From Candidatus Dormiibacterota bacterium (GTDB taxonomy: Bacteria > Chloroflexota > Dormibacteria > Aeolococcales > Aeolococcaceae), in assembly GCA_963756075.1 (NCBI GenBank), contig CAVWMH010000003.1, positions 21,306 to 85,305 on the forward strand: a stretch of 64,000 nucleotides of DNA, written 5' to 3'. Positions 51,919-61,750 of this stretch are shown here, piece after piece. The notes beneath the pieces were generated by a model. That model was not told the DNA's origin and searched no databases. It saw only the letters and a list, made by a program, of their open reading frames with translations. Within the stretch, counting starts at the first letter, position 1. Each line of letters begins with the position of its first letter. The translations under genes and the position numbers were made by a program.

Positions 51919-53717
51919 CCACCACAGCCGTTCCTGGCGGCGCACGATTCGCAGCCTTTCTCGAGATGATCCCGGACGCGATCGTGGGCGTCGACACCGA
52001 CGGAGCCATCGTGTTCGTGAACCCAGAGGCCTACAGGCTCTTCGGATACGCGTGCGACGAGCTGGCCAACCAGCCGATCGACCTGCTCGTACCGCGGTCA
52101 TTTCGCACCGCCGTTCTCCGCCAGGGAAACGTCGCCGTGCGCGATTCACGTCTCGGTTCGACGTCTGCTCCGATACACCAGGTGGTTCGTCGAAAGGACG
52201 GATCCACGTTTCCCAGCGAGATCCTGTTGACGTCGAAGCGGATCGCCGGGCGGCTCATCGTGGTGGCGGCGTTCCGGGACGTCTCTCCGCGTAAACCGGA
52301 GAACGCGAACTTCAGAGGCGTTCTGGAGGGAGCGGGCGCATCGGTCGCGGTGGATCGAGGCGGCCTGATCGCGCTCGTCAACGAAGAAGCGGAAGAGCTG
52401 TTCGGATATACGAGCGGCGAGCTCATCGATCAACCGGTCGACGTGCTCGTCTCGGCGGCGATCCGCGATGCGAGTGACTGCGTCGAGACCCGGCGCGAAC
52501 AGGGGAGGGCGGAGGTCCAACGTGAACGTGATCTGTTGGAGTCGCGACTGCATCAGACCCATCGGCTGGAGAGCCTCGGTCAGCTTGCCGGCGGAGTGGC
52601 GCACGATTTCAACAATCTGCTTGCCGCTATCTTGATCTACGTCGGTTTCGTGGAGGAAGAGGTCGCCGCCGAACTGGAGACCCGACCGGCTGATGCGCGA
52701 GCGCGTCTGACCGCGGTGCTCGGCGACGTCGCCCAGATCGGCGCCGCAGCGGATCGAGCGGCCGGGCTCACCCACCAACTCCTCGCCTTTGCTCGGAGAG
52801 AGGTACGACACCTCGAGGTTCTCGACATCAACGATGTCGTCGATGAAGTCGAGTCGTTGCTTCGCCGAACGATCGGCGAGCACGTGGAGTTGATCACGCT
52901 CGGCGCGCGCGACCTCAAAGCGGTGCGAGCTGATCGGGGACAGATCGAGCAGATTCTTCTCAACCTGGCGGTGAACGCGCGCGATGCGATGCCGAATGGC
53001 GGGACATTGACCGTCGCTACCGCGAATTTCACTATCGACAAGGAGTTCGCGGCGAGCCATCCCCTCATCCAGGCCGGGTCATACGTTCGCCTGCGGGTCA
53101 CTGATACCGGCGCCGGAATGGACACCGAAACGCTCGACCGCGCATTTGAGCCGTTCTTCAGCACCAAGCCAAAGGACAAGGGGACCGGGCTGGGACTCGC
53201 GACCGTATATGGGATCGTGAGTCAGACGGCGGGTATGATCGAGCTCTCCTCGGACGTCGGGGTCGGCACCAGCGTCACGATCCTGCTTCCGGGCGTTGCT
53301 GCAGCCGTCACGGAGCCCGATCCCCCACGGCAGATCAGCCGGGACACGGCGGGAGAGACGGTTCTCGTCGTCGAGGACGAGGAACTCGTCCTCGATGTTG
53401 CGAGCCGCATCCTGACGAACAATGGATACCACGTCCTGCGCGCTCGGAGCGGAGCGGACGCGCTCAAGGCGATCGCTGGTCACGCGGGCCCAATCGACTT
53501 GCTTCTCACAGACGTTGTCATGCCGGGGGCGACCGGAAAGGAGGTCGCTGAGTCTGTGTGCGATGCGCGCCCGGGGATCCGCGTGCTGTTCATGTCGGGT
53601 TACCTCGAGTCGGTGATCGCATCACAAGGCGTCATCGACCAGGGGATCCGCCTGCTGTCCAAACCGTTCAAGGCGCCGGATCTTCTGGCACATGTTCGCG
53701 CGAGCCTTGACGCGTGA
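51915..53717 (+). CDS. PAS-PAS hybrid sensor histidine kinase with C-terminal receiver
   Basis: GTGA overlap with the upstream gene. Two PAS-like units (FLEMIPDAIVGVDTDGAIVFVNPEA; VLEGAGASVAVDRGGLIALVNEEA). H-box LGQLAGGVAHDFNNLL. N-box LNLAVNARDAM. G-boxes DTGAGMD and GTGLGLA. REC reads VLVVEDEELV...LLLTDVVMPG. Confidence 0.9.
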   Translation: MTTTAVPGGARFAAFLEMIPDAIVGVDTDGAIVFVNPEAYRLFGYACDELANQPIDLLVPRSFRTAVLRQGNVAVRDSRLGSTSAPIHQVVRRKDGSTFPSEILLTSKRIAGRLIVVAAFRDVSPRKPENANFRGVLEGAGASVAVDRGGLIALVNEEAEELFGYTSGELIDQPVDVLVSAAIRDASDCVETRREQGRAEVQRERDLLESRLHQTHRLESLGQLAGGVAHDFNNLLAAILIYVGFVEEEVAAELETRPADARARLTAVLGDVAQIGAAADRAAGLTHQLLAFARREVRHLEVLDINDVVDEVESLLRRTIGEHVELITLGARDLKAVRADRGQIEQILLNLAVNARDAMPNGGTLTVATANFTIDKEFAASHPLIQAGSYVRLRVTDTGAGMDTETLDRAFEPFFSTKPKDKGTGLGLATVYGIVSQTAGMIELSSDVGVGTSVTILLPGVAAAVTEPDPPRQISRDTAGETVLVVEDEELVLDVASRILTNNGYHVLRARSGADALKAIAGHAGPIDLLLTDVVMPGATGKEVAESVCDARPGIRVLFMSGYLESVIASQGVIDQGIRLLSKPFKAPDLLAHVRASLDA

Positions 53718-53737
53718 CGATGCGTCGCCGACCACAA

Positions 53738-55513
53738 CTACGGCGACGTGGGCTGCCCGAACGTCAGTGACGCCGAGGGGTGTGTCCTCGCCAGCCGGGC
53801 CTGCGCTCTCCCAAGAGCGGTCGGCGAGAGGTTTGCGACGGTCATCGCCTCGACGAAGCCGGCTCCGTTGATGCGGTAGACGGTACACAACGTCACCGCC
53901 TTGACCGTGGCCGTCCGGGGACGGTGCTCCAGGAGACCGATCTCACCGAAGTAGCTCGGCGGTGTGAGCATGCCGAGTGAATGCTCCACGCCGGCCTCAC
54001 CCGCGGCAAGTACCTCGACCTGGCCATCGATGAGCACAAAGAAGTCATCCGCCTCCGCGCCTTCTTGAATCAGCACTGTGCCGGGAACTACGTGCTCCTC
54101 GGCGGCCGATCTCGCGAGGCTCTCCAGCGCGGCGCGGGTTGCCCCCGCGAAAATGTCAAGCGTCTGAAGGACGGCGATGCGCGGTGTGATCGCCGCGAGC
54201 TCGCGAATTGCCCTCGTGTCGAGAACCCGGATCCAGGGGTACGCTGCAATCGTCAGCGCGGGAATCGCGAATCCCATGATCAGGAGGGTCGTGTTCAGGC
54301 CGACACTGCCCAGGAGGATTGGCATGAGGAGAGCGCCCAGCGAGATTGCTCCGAGCACGAGCGCGAAGAAGACTCCGAACACTCGAGCGACGACATCGGG
54401 ATGAACGAGCCGCTGCAAAGCCGTGATCGCAAGCACATCGACGATGATCGTCCCCGCGCCACGGATCGCCTCCAGAATGAAGGCGATCCACGCTTCATGT
54501 ACAACCGTGAGGAGCGCAGTTGGAAGGCAGAATACCGCCATCCCGACCACGATGATCGCGCCGAGACGGCGGGCAGCGGCAATGCGATTCATGAATCCCG
54601 CCATCAGAATCCCTCCGACGCCGAGTGCGGCGAGGAGGTACCCGTATCCGGAGCTGCCGGTCCCCAGCTGATCTCTACTCACCACGACGAAGAGCACCGT
54701 GTCAGTCCCATACACGAAGCTCGCCAGGATGCTGAAGCCGGCCAGTAGCGTTACGGACGGAGATGACACAAACGCCCGGAACCCCGCCGCCATCTGCTTC
54801 AATGGTCCGGCGGCACCACCCTCGGTGATGTCAGCGGCGCGGCTGCGCGTGTGCATGCGGCTGACCACCAGCGCCGAGAAGCCGAACGATGCGGCATTGA
54901 GGCCGAACACCACAGCCGGAGGGCTGAACAGCAACAGCAGGCCGGCAATGGCCGGCCCGACGATGATCGAAAGATTCTCCACCGCGGACTGCGCGCTGTT
55001 GGCGGCGGCGAGATGCTCCTCGCCGACCACCGCCGGGGTGGTCGCGCGCGCAGCCGGATCGTACGACGAGGTGGTCACCGATGTGAATGCGGCGAGCACG
55101 ATGGCCACCACAACTGGTCCGTTCAGCGCTGCGACGACGGCAAGCGTGGCCTGGAGAACGAGGGCGACGGAATCGAGCGTCACCATGTGGCGCACGCGTT
55201 CTCTTCGGTCGGCGACCAACCCCCCAAACGGGCTCGCGACGAGCGCGGAGAGGAATCGGGTCATCGACGCCGCCGCCACCCACGCGGCAGAGTGGGTGGC
55301 GTTGAAGACGAACACGACCAGGGCAACGTTGTAGGCCCACGATCCGCTCATCGATATGGTCAAACCACTGAACAGCAGGCGGTAGTCGCGAATGCGGAAG
55401 AGCGAGCGGTAGCCGACCCGCGGCGGCGCGTCGCCGATGCGACGCCCGGTGAGCCGCGCAACCATGCGCCGTCTGATCGAGGGTTTCTCTTCCGTCGCGA
55501 CCTCAGTCATCAC
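53738..55513 (-). CDS. MFS transporter fused to a C-terminal cyclic-nucleotide-binding domain
   Basis: About 12 TM helices, then GAEADDFFVLIDGQVEVL...FGEIGLLEHRPRTATVKA (the cNMP-binding FGE...R-x-A motif). Confidence 0.85.
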   Translation of the reverse strand: MMTEVATEEKPSIRRRMVARLTGRRIGDAPPRVGYRSLFRIRDYRLLFSGLTISMSGSWAYNVALVVFVFNATHSAAWVAAASMTRFLSALVASPFGGLVADRRERVRHMVTLDSVALVLQATLAVVAALNGPVVVAIVLAAFTSVTTSSYDPAARATTPAVVGEEHLAAANSAQSAVENLSIIVGPAIAGLLLLFSPPAVVFGLNAASFGFSALVVSRMHTRSRAADITEGGAAGPLKQMAAGFRAFVSSPSVTLLAGFSILASFVYGTDTVLFVVVSRDQLGTGSSGYGYLLAALGVGGILMAGFMNRIAAARRLGAIIVVGMAVFCLPTALLTVVHEAWIAFILEAIRGAGTIIVDVLAITALQRLVHPDVVARVFGVFFALVLGAISLGALLMPILLGSVGLNTTLLIMGFAIPALTIAAYPWIRVLDTRAIRELAAITPRIAVLQTLDIFAGATRAALESLARSAAEEHVVPGTVLIQEGAEADDFFVLIDGQVEVLAAGEAGVEHSLGMLTPPSYFGEIGLLEHRPRTATVKAVTLCTVYRINGAGFVEAMTVANLSPTALGRAQARLARTHPSASLTFGQPTSP

Positions 55514-55620
55514 GGCGAGTTGGGCAACCCGAGGACACCGCTTGCGGCGCGAATCACGCGCCGAAGCGTACTCGTGGCCGGGTTGCGGACGCCATCAGAG
55601 CATCCCGATACTGTTCGCAC

Positions 55621-56466
55621 ATGCGGTTGCGCCTCTGCGGCACGCGAGGGTCGACGCCGGCGCCCGGCGTCGATTTCGCCCGCTATGGGGGTCAGACGTC
55701 GTGTGTGGCGGTGCTCTCGGATGACGGCGCCTGCCGGCTCATCCTCGACGCGGGCACCGGTCTGCGCCGGCTACCCGCCGCTCTGGAGGGCCGGCCCTTC
55801 AGCGGAAGCATGTTGCTGACCCACCTCCACTGGGATCACACGCATGGGTTGCCGTTCTGCCCCTCGGTGGACAATCCCGATGCACGCACAGCTCTCTACA
55901 TCCCGGAACAACCCGGGGGCGACGCCGAGGAGATCCTTGCGCGCGCGATGTCGCCGCCGCATTTCCCGATCCGACCTCGGGAGCTGCGGGGATCCTGGGA
56001 GTTCCGGCATCTCGCGCCCGGCGCACATCGTATCGAGGGCTTCGACGTCCTGGCGCGGGAGATTCCGCACAAGGGCGGCCGAACGTTTGGGTACCGCGTC
56101 TCAGACGGGCGTGGGGCGATCGCCTATATGCCCGACCACGCACCGAACGCTCTCGGCCCGGGGCCTGAACAGTTGGGTCCGTATCATGATGCGGCGGTGG
56201 AATTGACCCAGGGCGTGGATCTCCTGTTGCACGATTCGCAATACACGGGCGACGAGTTCCCGGCGCGCGCGCACTTCGGGCACTCGAGCATCGAGTACGC
56301 CGTGGGCCTTGCCGCACACGCCGGAGTGGGGCGCTTGGTCCTCTTTCATCACGACCCGTGGCGGTCGGACGAGCAACTCGATGGCATCGTCGAGCGGCTG
56401 TCAGGCGGCTCTGTGCCGGTGAGCGCGGCGATCGAATGGGACGTCCTTGACTGCGGTGGCCGCTGA
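55621..56466 (+). CDS. MBL-fold metallo-hydrolase (possible cyclic-nucleotide phosphodiesterase)
   Basis: LRLCGTRGSTP...YGGQTSCV...LILDAGTG...LLTHLHWDHTHGLPF...LLHDSQY...FGHSS...LVLFHHDP. The HxHxDH metal motif is present. Confidence 0.75.
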   Translation: MRLRLCGTRGSTPAPGVDFARYGGQTSCVAVLSDDGACRLILDAGTGLRRLPAALEGRPFSGSMLLTHLHWDHTHGLPFCPSVDNPDARTALYIPEQPGGDAEEILARAMSPPHFPIRPRELRGSWEFRHLAPGAHRIEGFDVLAREIPHKGGRTFGYRVSDGRGAIAYMPDHAPNALGPGPEQLGPYHDAAVELTQGVDLLLHDSQYTGDEFPARAHFGHSSIEYAVGLAAHAGVGRLVLFHHDPWRSDEQLDGIVERLSGGSVPVSAAIEWDVLDCGGR

Positions 56467-56555
56467 TGTCCGGCGCGGTTGGCGTGGGTGAGACTTCCGG
56501 GCACGCCGTCCTGCTGCTCGACAAGTCTGGGGCCGCGCAAATCCGGGGCTCGTGA

Positions 56556-59500
56556 ATGAGTTGTTCTAACTGTGGGACCGATAACCGTCCGAGCAGCAAG
56601 TACTGCAAGAAGTGCGGTGCCGAGCTCGGCCGGCTGTGTCCGAAATGCGCACAGCCGGTTGATGCGGATGCGAGCTTCTGCAGCGAATGCGGGGCAGCGA
56701 TGTCCAGCCGCCCAGCCGCTCGGTTGGGGCACGTGGAGGTCGCGCCGGCGCCAATCGGCGACGGCACCGCGACCGCGGAACGCCGGCTCGTCTCCGTGCT
56801 GTTCGCTGACCTTGTCGGATTCACGACGCTCTCGGAGAAGCGTGATGCCGAGGAGGTGCGGGAGTTGCTCACGCGCTACTTCGACACCTGTCGTTCGGTG
56901 GTGAGCGTCTATGGGGGCGTCGTGGAGAAATTCATCGGCGACGCGGTGATGGCTGTATGGGGCACCCCGGTGGCCCACGAGGACGACTCAGAACGGGCGG
57001 TCCGTGCCGCCCTCGACTTGATCCAGGCTGTCGCGGCGCTTGGAGTCGAGATAGCGGAGCCTGCGCTGCAGGCTCGAGCGGGCGTGCTGTCGGGTGACGC
57101 TGCAGTCACCCTGGGAGACCACGCCCAGGGGATGGTGGCAGGAGACCTGGTCAACACGGCGTCACGGATCCAGGCCGAGGCCGAACCAGGAACGGTGCTA
57201 GTCGGTAATTCGACCCGGGGAGCCACCGAGGCCGCAGTTGTCTACGAGGATCTCGGCGAGCGAACTTTGAAAGGGAAGGCTGAGCCTGTCAGGCTCTGGC
57301 GGGCACTGCGCGTGGTCGCGATGGTCGGCGGCGCGCAGAAATCCGAGGGTCTCGAAGCGCCATTTGTCGGCCGCGAGCGGGAGCTCCGCTTGATCAAGGA
57401 TCAGTTCCACGCCAGCGCCGACGAGCACAAGGCACATCTCGTGTCTGTGGTCGGGATCGCCGGAATCGGCAAGTCGCGGCTCTCCTGGGAGTTCTTCAAA
57501 TACATCGACGGCATCGCCGAGCTCGTCTACACGCACCGAGGACGCTGTCTCGCGTACGGGGAGGGGGTGACCTACTGGGCGCTTGCGGAAATGGTGCGCA
57601 TGCGCGCGGGGATCACTGACGGTGAGGACCCGGCATCCGCGCTGACGAAGCTCCAGCGCTGTCTCGTCGAGTTCCTCTCCGACGCGGATGAGCGTCGTTG
57701 GGTCGAACCGCGACTGGCTCAGCTGCTGGCTCTTGAGGACCGCGCCGCCCACGATCGTGAAGACCTGTTCAGCGCCTGGCGTCTGTTCTTCGAGCGCCTC
57801 GCCGATAAACATCCGACCGTGCTGGTGTTCGAGGACATGCAGTGGGCTGACACCTCGCTGCTCGAGTTCATCGAATACGTGATGGAGTGGTCACGCAACC
57901 ACGCCCTCTACGTCGTTACTTCAGCACGTCCGGAGCTGGTCGATCGCCATCCGACGTGGGGCGCCGGCAAGCGCAACTTCACGTCGGTCTTCCTTGAGCC
58001 ACTTGCGCCGCAGGCGATGGAACAGCTCCTGGACAGCCTGGTACCGGGGCTTCCCGACGAGCTCCGAGAGCAGATCCTGCGGCGCGCGGAAGGCGTGCCG
58101 CTGTACGCCGTCGAGACGGTACGCATGCTCCTCGATCGCGGCCTGCTCGAGCCCGCTGGGAGTGTCTACCGGATGACCGGCCCGATCGAGGACCTCGAGG
58201 TGCCCCAGAGCCTCCATGGCCTCATCGCCGCCCGACTTGACGGGTTGCGCCCGGAAGCGCGGCGTGTCCTTCAGGACGCCGCTGTGCTCGGCAAGACGTT
58301 CAGCGTGCCCTCGCTTGCGGCGGTGAGTGGTGTGCTTCCCGCGGATGTCCAGCCGTTGCTCGCGGAGCTGGTGCGCAAGGAGGTGCTCTCGGTGCAGGCC
58401 GATCCCCGCTCTCCGGAGCGAGGCCAGTACGGGTTTCTGCAGGACCTTGTGAAGCGCGTCGCATACGAGACGCTTTCAAAACGCGACCGGAAAGAAAAGC
58501 ATCTGGCTGTCGCGGCCTGGTTCGAGAGCTCGTGGGGCGGCGAGGAGGCTGATGTCGTCGAAGTCCTCGCCTCGCATTACCTCGAGGCGTACAACCTCGC
58601 GCCGCAGGACCCCGACGCCGATCAGGTCAAGTCTCGCGCCGCTGACGTGCTCTTCCGGGCCGGTGAGCGTGCAGCATCAGTCGCTGCCAACTCGGAGGCG
58701 GAACGTTATTTCCAGCAGGCCGCGCGCCTGGTGCCCAACTCTGCGCGACAAGCAGAGATGCATGAACGTGCGGGGCAGATGGCGGCATCCGGGGGTCGCA
58801 ACGCGTCGGCGATAGCGCACCTTGAGAGAGCCGTGTCGTTGTACGAGAGTGAGAACTTGCCGCATCCGGCGGCACGCGCACTGTCTCGCCTGGGGCTCGT
58901 GGAGTCGGTGAGCGGGCAGTTGGACGGATCGATACAGCGGATGGAGCGCGCCTATGCGGTGCTGGCGGACGACGCGCCGGATGAGGACCTTGCCACGCTT
59001 GCGGTGCGGCTCGCTTCATTGCTGCACTTCAAGGGCGACTCCGATACCGCGAGCAGGCGACTCGAGGTCGCTCTCGACATCGGCGAGACACTGGGGTTGC
59101 CCGACATCCTCTCGCAAGGGCTCAACATCAGGGCCATGCTCGCCATGCAACGCCGCCACGACGAGGAGGCAATGGCGCTCTACGCGCATGCGTTGAAATT
59201 GGGTCTCGACAACGATCTGCCGAGCGCAACCATTCGTGCTCACTTCAACCTGGCGGATCTGCTGTGTCATCGCGATCGCTACCGGGAGGCGCTTGCGCAT
59301 TACCGCAGCGCTCTTGCTCTCACGAGGAAGATCGGAGACCGGTCGTACGAACGCAGCACGCTCGGCGAGCTTGCGTTCACCCTCGCGCGCGTTGGCGAAT
59401 GGGACGAGGCCACCGAATTTGCGGCCGCGATCGCGGAGGACGAGGTCCGCAGCGCGCCGACGGACGTCCTGTCCGTGCTGGCGTTCGGCGAGACGTACGT

Positions 59501-60113
59501 CGAACGCGGCCAGATTGCCGAATTCGAAAAGCTCATGTCCTGGAGTTCGCAACTCGTCTCGTCGGATGACTGGCAGGCGCGGTCGTGCTACCTCGCGTGT
59601 CGCGCGTGTCTGCGCCGCGGTCAGGGCCGGGATGCCGAAGCTCTGGCCGACGCCGACGAAGCCATCAACGTCGCTCTCGAGCTGGGCGGTGCTGGGCACC
59701 AAAACGTCAAAGCCGGATTTCGGGTGGCGTGTGAGTCCGCCCTGGCCCTCGAGGATCTGACGAAGGTCGACGAGCTGCTGGGTGTGGTCGATGCCATGGG
59801 ACCAGGAGTACGGCCGCCATATCTGCGCGCCCAGGCGCTGCGCTTTCGGGCACGACTCGCGGACAGCCGGCGTAACCCGGACGCCGTTGAACCGTCCTTC
59901 GTCGCGGCCGAGGAGGCGTTCACCCAGCTTGGAATGCCCTTCTGGCTTGCCGTCACCCAGCTGGAGCATGCCGAGTGGCTGGTTGCGAATCGGCGGGAAG
60001 TCAATGCCCGGCCGATGCTCGCCGAAGCCGTCGCGACCTTTGAGCGCCTGAAGGCGCTCCCGTGGCTCGACCGGGCAACGCAGTCCGCACCGGCGGTGGG
60101 CGTCATCTCCTGA
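56556..60113 (+). CDS. double-zinc-ribbon - class III adenylate/guanylate cyclase - AAA/STAND ATPase - TPR protein
   Basis: The zinc ribbons read CSNCGTDNRPSSKYCKKCG...CPKCAQPVDADASFCSECG. The cyclase part reads VSVLFADLVGFTTLSE...KFIGDAVMAVWG...NTASRIQ. The P-loop is GIAGIGKSRL and Walker B is LVFEDMQWAD. A long TPR-like C-terminus follows. The 1185-aa ORF is intact. Confidence 0.9.
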   Translation: MSCSNCGTDNRPSSKYCKKCGAELGRLCPKCAQPVDADASFCSECGAAMSSRPAARLGHVEVAPAPIGDGTATAERRLVSVLFADLVGFTTLSEKRDAEEVRELLTRYFDTCRSVVSVYGGVVEKFIGDAVMAVWGTPVAHEDDSERAVRAALDLIQAVAALGVEIAEPALQARAGVLSGDAAVTLGDHAQGMVAGDLVNTASRIQAEAEPGTVLVGNSTRGATEAAVVYEDLGERTLKGKAEPVRLWRALRVVAMVGGAQKSEGLEAPFVGRERELRLIKDQFHASADEHKAHLVSVVGIAGIGKSRLSWEFFKYIDGIAELVYTHRGRCLAYGEGVTYWALAEMVRMRAGITDGEDPASALTKLQRCLVEFLSDADERRWVEPRLAQLLALEDRAAHDREDLFSAWRLFFERLADKHPTVLVFEDMQWADTSLLEFIEYVMEWSRNHALYVVTSARPELVDRHPTWGAGKRNFTSVFLEPLAPQAMEQLLDSLVPGLPDELREQILRRAEGVPLYAVETVRMLLDRGLLEPAGSVYRMTGPIEDLEVPQSLHGLIAARLDGLRPEARRVLQDAAVLGKTFSVPSLAAVSGVLPADVQPLLAELVRKEVLSVQADPRSPERGQYGFLQDLVKRVAYETLSKRDRKEKHLAVAAWFESSWGGEEADVVEVLASHYLEAYNLAPQDPDADQVKSRAADVLFRAGERAASVAANSEAERYFQQAARLVPNSARQAEMHERAGQMAASGGRNASAIAHLERAVSLYESENLPHPAARALSRLGLVESVSGQLDGSIQRMERAYAVLADDAPDEDLATLAVRLASLLHFKGDSDTASRRLEVALDIGETLGLPDILSQGLNIRAMLAMQRRHDEEAMALYAHALKLGLDNDLPSATIRAHFNLADLLCHRDRYREALAHYRSALALTRKIGDRSYERSTLGELAFTLARVGEWDEATEFAAAIAEDEVRSAPTDVLSVLAFGETYVERGQIAEFEKLMSWSSQLVSSDDWQARSCYLACRACLRRGQGRDAEALADADEAINVALELGGAGHQNVKAGFRVACESALALEDLTKVDELLGVVDAMGPGVRPPYLRAQALRFRARLADSRRNPDAVEPSFVAAEEAFTQLGMPFWLAVTQLEHAEWLVANRREVNARPMLAEAVATFERLKALPWLDRATQSAPAVGVIS

Positions 60114-60263
60114 AGTTGTGGGTGGGATGCGCGTGCCTCGCGCCGCACGGCTGGCCTCGATGAAACGCGTCAAATGACCCTGTTGACGCAGGTGCCCCGA
60201 AACGAGTAGCGTCCGTGGTCTCGCCTCGTAGGGACCGGGGGTATTCAGGGAGGACGCACGGCA

Positions 60264-61655
60264 GTGCAGAAACGAATCTTCAGACTTGGGGCGCTGATGG
60301 GACTCGCCGCGGTCGGCGCATCCGGGGTGCTCGCGTCGGGAGCGCCGGCCCTGGCCGCGCCCACCGCGCGACCCGACATCGTCGGGCACATCGTCGGCCG
60401 CTTCACTGGGGCGCAACCGCCGACGTCGGCACAGTGCCTCGCCGCGAATGGCCTCGCCTGCTACAACCCGGCCGAGATCGGGGCCCACTACAACCTCGAC
60501 GGCCTCCACGACAGCGGCATCACCGGCAAGGGCAAGACCATCGTCATCGTCAACTCCTACGGGTCGCCGACGATTGCGAGCGACCTGCAGACGTTTGACG
60601 CCGCGTTCCATCTGCCGGCGGCCTCGCTGTCGATCATCCAGCCTGTCGGAGCGGTTCCGCCGTTCGACCCGACCAATTCGACGATGGTTGGCTGGGCCGA
60701 GGAGACGACGCTCGACGTCGAGTGGTCGCACGCGATCGCTCCCGGCGCGAAGATCCTGCTGGTCGAGACACCGGTCGCCGAGACCGAGGGCTCGGTCGGC
60801 TTCCCGCAGATCGTGGCCGCCGAGAACTACGTGATCAATCACCACCTCGGCGACGTGATCTCGCAGAGCTTTGGGGCAACCGAGCCGACGTTCTCGAGCC
60901 CCGCCGCCATCTTCGCGCTGCGCAGCGCTTTCAAGAACGCGGCGGAACATAGCGTCACGGTGCTGGCGGCCTCTGGGGATAACGGAGCCACCGACAACTT
61001 CTTCGACGGCTCCTGCTGCTTCGCGCACCACGTGAACTCGTGGCCGTCCTCGGATCCGCTTGTGACGTCGGTGGGTGGCACTGAGATCGTCCCGCGGGCA
61101 AACGGCACACCGGAGTCGGTCTCCCACGACGTCGTGTGGCAGGATCCGGCAAGCATCGTCGGCGGTCCGGTCGGACAAACCTGCTGCGCGGGCGGCGGCG
61201 GTCCCTCAGCGGTGTTCTCCCGCCCCGATTATCAGAACTCGGTCGCCGGTGTTGTCGGCAAGTCGCGTGGAACGCCGGACATTTCGATGAGCGCTTCGCT
61301 GAGCGGCGCCGTGCTCGTCTACTGGAGCTTCCAGCCGTTCGGTCCCGGCTACTTCCAGATCGCCGGCACCAGCGAAGCAAGTCCAATCTTCTCGGGAATC
61401 GTCGCGATGGCCGATCAATGGGCGGGACACGATCTCGGCCAGTTGAATCGTCGTCTGTACGAGCTCGCGAGCACCTCGAACAACGGCATCGTCGATGTCA
61501 CCAAGGGCGGCAACGGCATGACGTTCCCTGACGCGCATCTGGGGAACGCCGTGGTGACAGTGGCTGGCTACAACGCAGGCCCCGGCTACGACATGGCGAG
61601 CGGTCTCGGCACGATCAACGCCGCGGTCTTCATCCCGGCGCTCGTCGCCATCTGA
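60264..61655 (+). CDS. secreted S53 (sedolisin/kumamolisin-type) serine peptidase
   Basis: Signal peptide LGALMGLAAVGASGVLASGAPALA, then GKGKTIVIVNSYG, EETTLDVEWSHAIAPGA, ASGDNGA and GTSEASPIFSGIVAM (SGTS-type nucleophile). Confidence 0.8.
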   Translation: MQKRIFRLGALMGLAAVGASGVLASGAPALAAPTARPDIVGHIVGRFTGAQPPTSAQCLAANGLACYNPAEIGAHYNLDGLHDSGITGKGKTIVIVNSYGSPTIASDLQTFDAAFHLPAASLSIIQPVGAVPPFDPTNSTMVGWAEETTLDVEWSHAIAPGAKILLVETPVAETEGSVGFPQIVAAENYVINHHLGDVISQSFGATEPTFSSPAAIFALRSAFKNAAEHSVTVLAASGDNGATDNFFDGSCCFAHHVNSWPSSDPLVTSVGGTEIVPRANGTPESVSHDVVWQDPASIVGGPVGQTCCAGGGGPSAVFSRPDYQNSVAGVVGKSRGTPDISMSASLSGAVLVYWSFQPFGPGYFQIAGTSEASPIFSGIVAMADQWAGHDLGQLNRRLYELASTSNNGIVDVTKGGNGMTFPDAHLGNAVVTVAGYNAGPGYDMASGLGTINAAVFIPALVAI

Positions 61656-61683
61656 CTCGTCGCAATCTGACTGAACTGTCCAC

Positions 61684-61710
61684 GGAGGGGGCGGCGATGC
61701 CGCCCCCTCC
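61684..61710. terminator. GC-rich hairpin between convergent genes (bidirectional terminator candidate)
   Basis: GGAGGGGGCGGC (61684-61695), GAT, GCCGCCCCCTCC (61699-61710): a perfect 12-bp stem with a 3-nt loop, between the peptidase stop (61655) and the PCD stop (61751). Confidence 0.5.
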
Positions 61711-61750
61711 ATCCATGTGAGCTCCGCTCGACCGAAGGTGGGGGGCCGCT

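Noticed and set aside
55621-56466. The MBL-fold protein considered as a beta-lactamase resistance gene.
   Set aside because: It has no signal peptide. The sequence pattern (RGS...GGNTSC-like N-terminus, HHDP C-terminal block) is that of cytoplasmic Lactamase_B_2-type hydrolases, not of class B beta-lactamases.
59016-61178. A 720-aa minus-strand ORF, the longest unexplained ORF in the track.
   Set aside because: It lies entirely antisense to two well-supported plus-strand genes (the cyclase-STAND-TPR C-terminus and the S53 peptidase). It is Arg/Gly/Asp-rich with no recognisable motifs. This is the typical high-GC shadow ORF.
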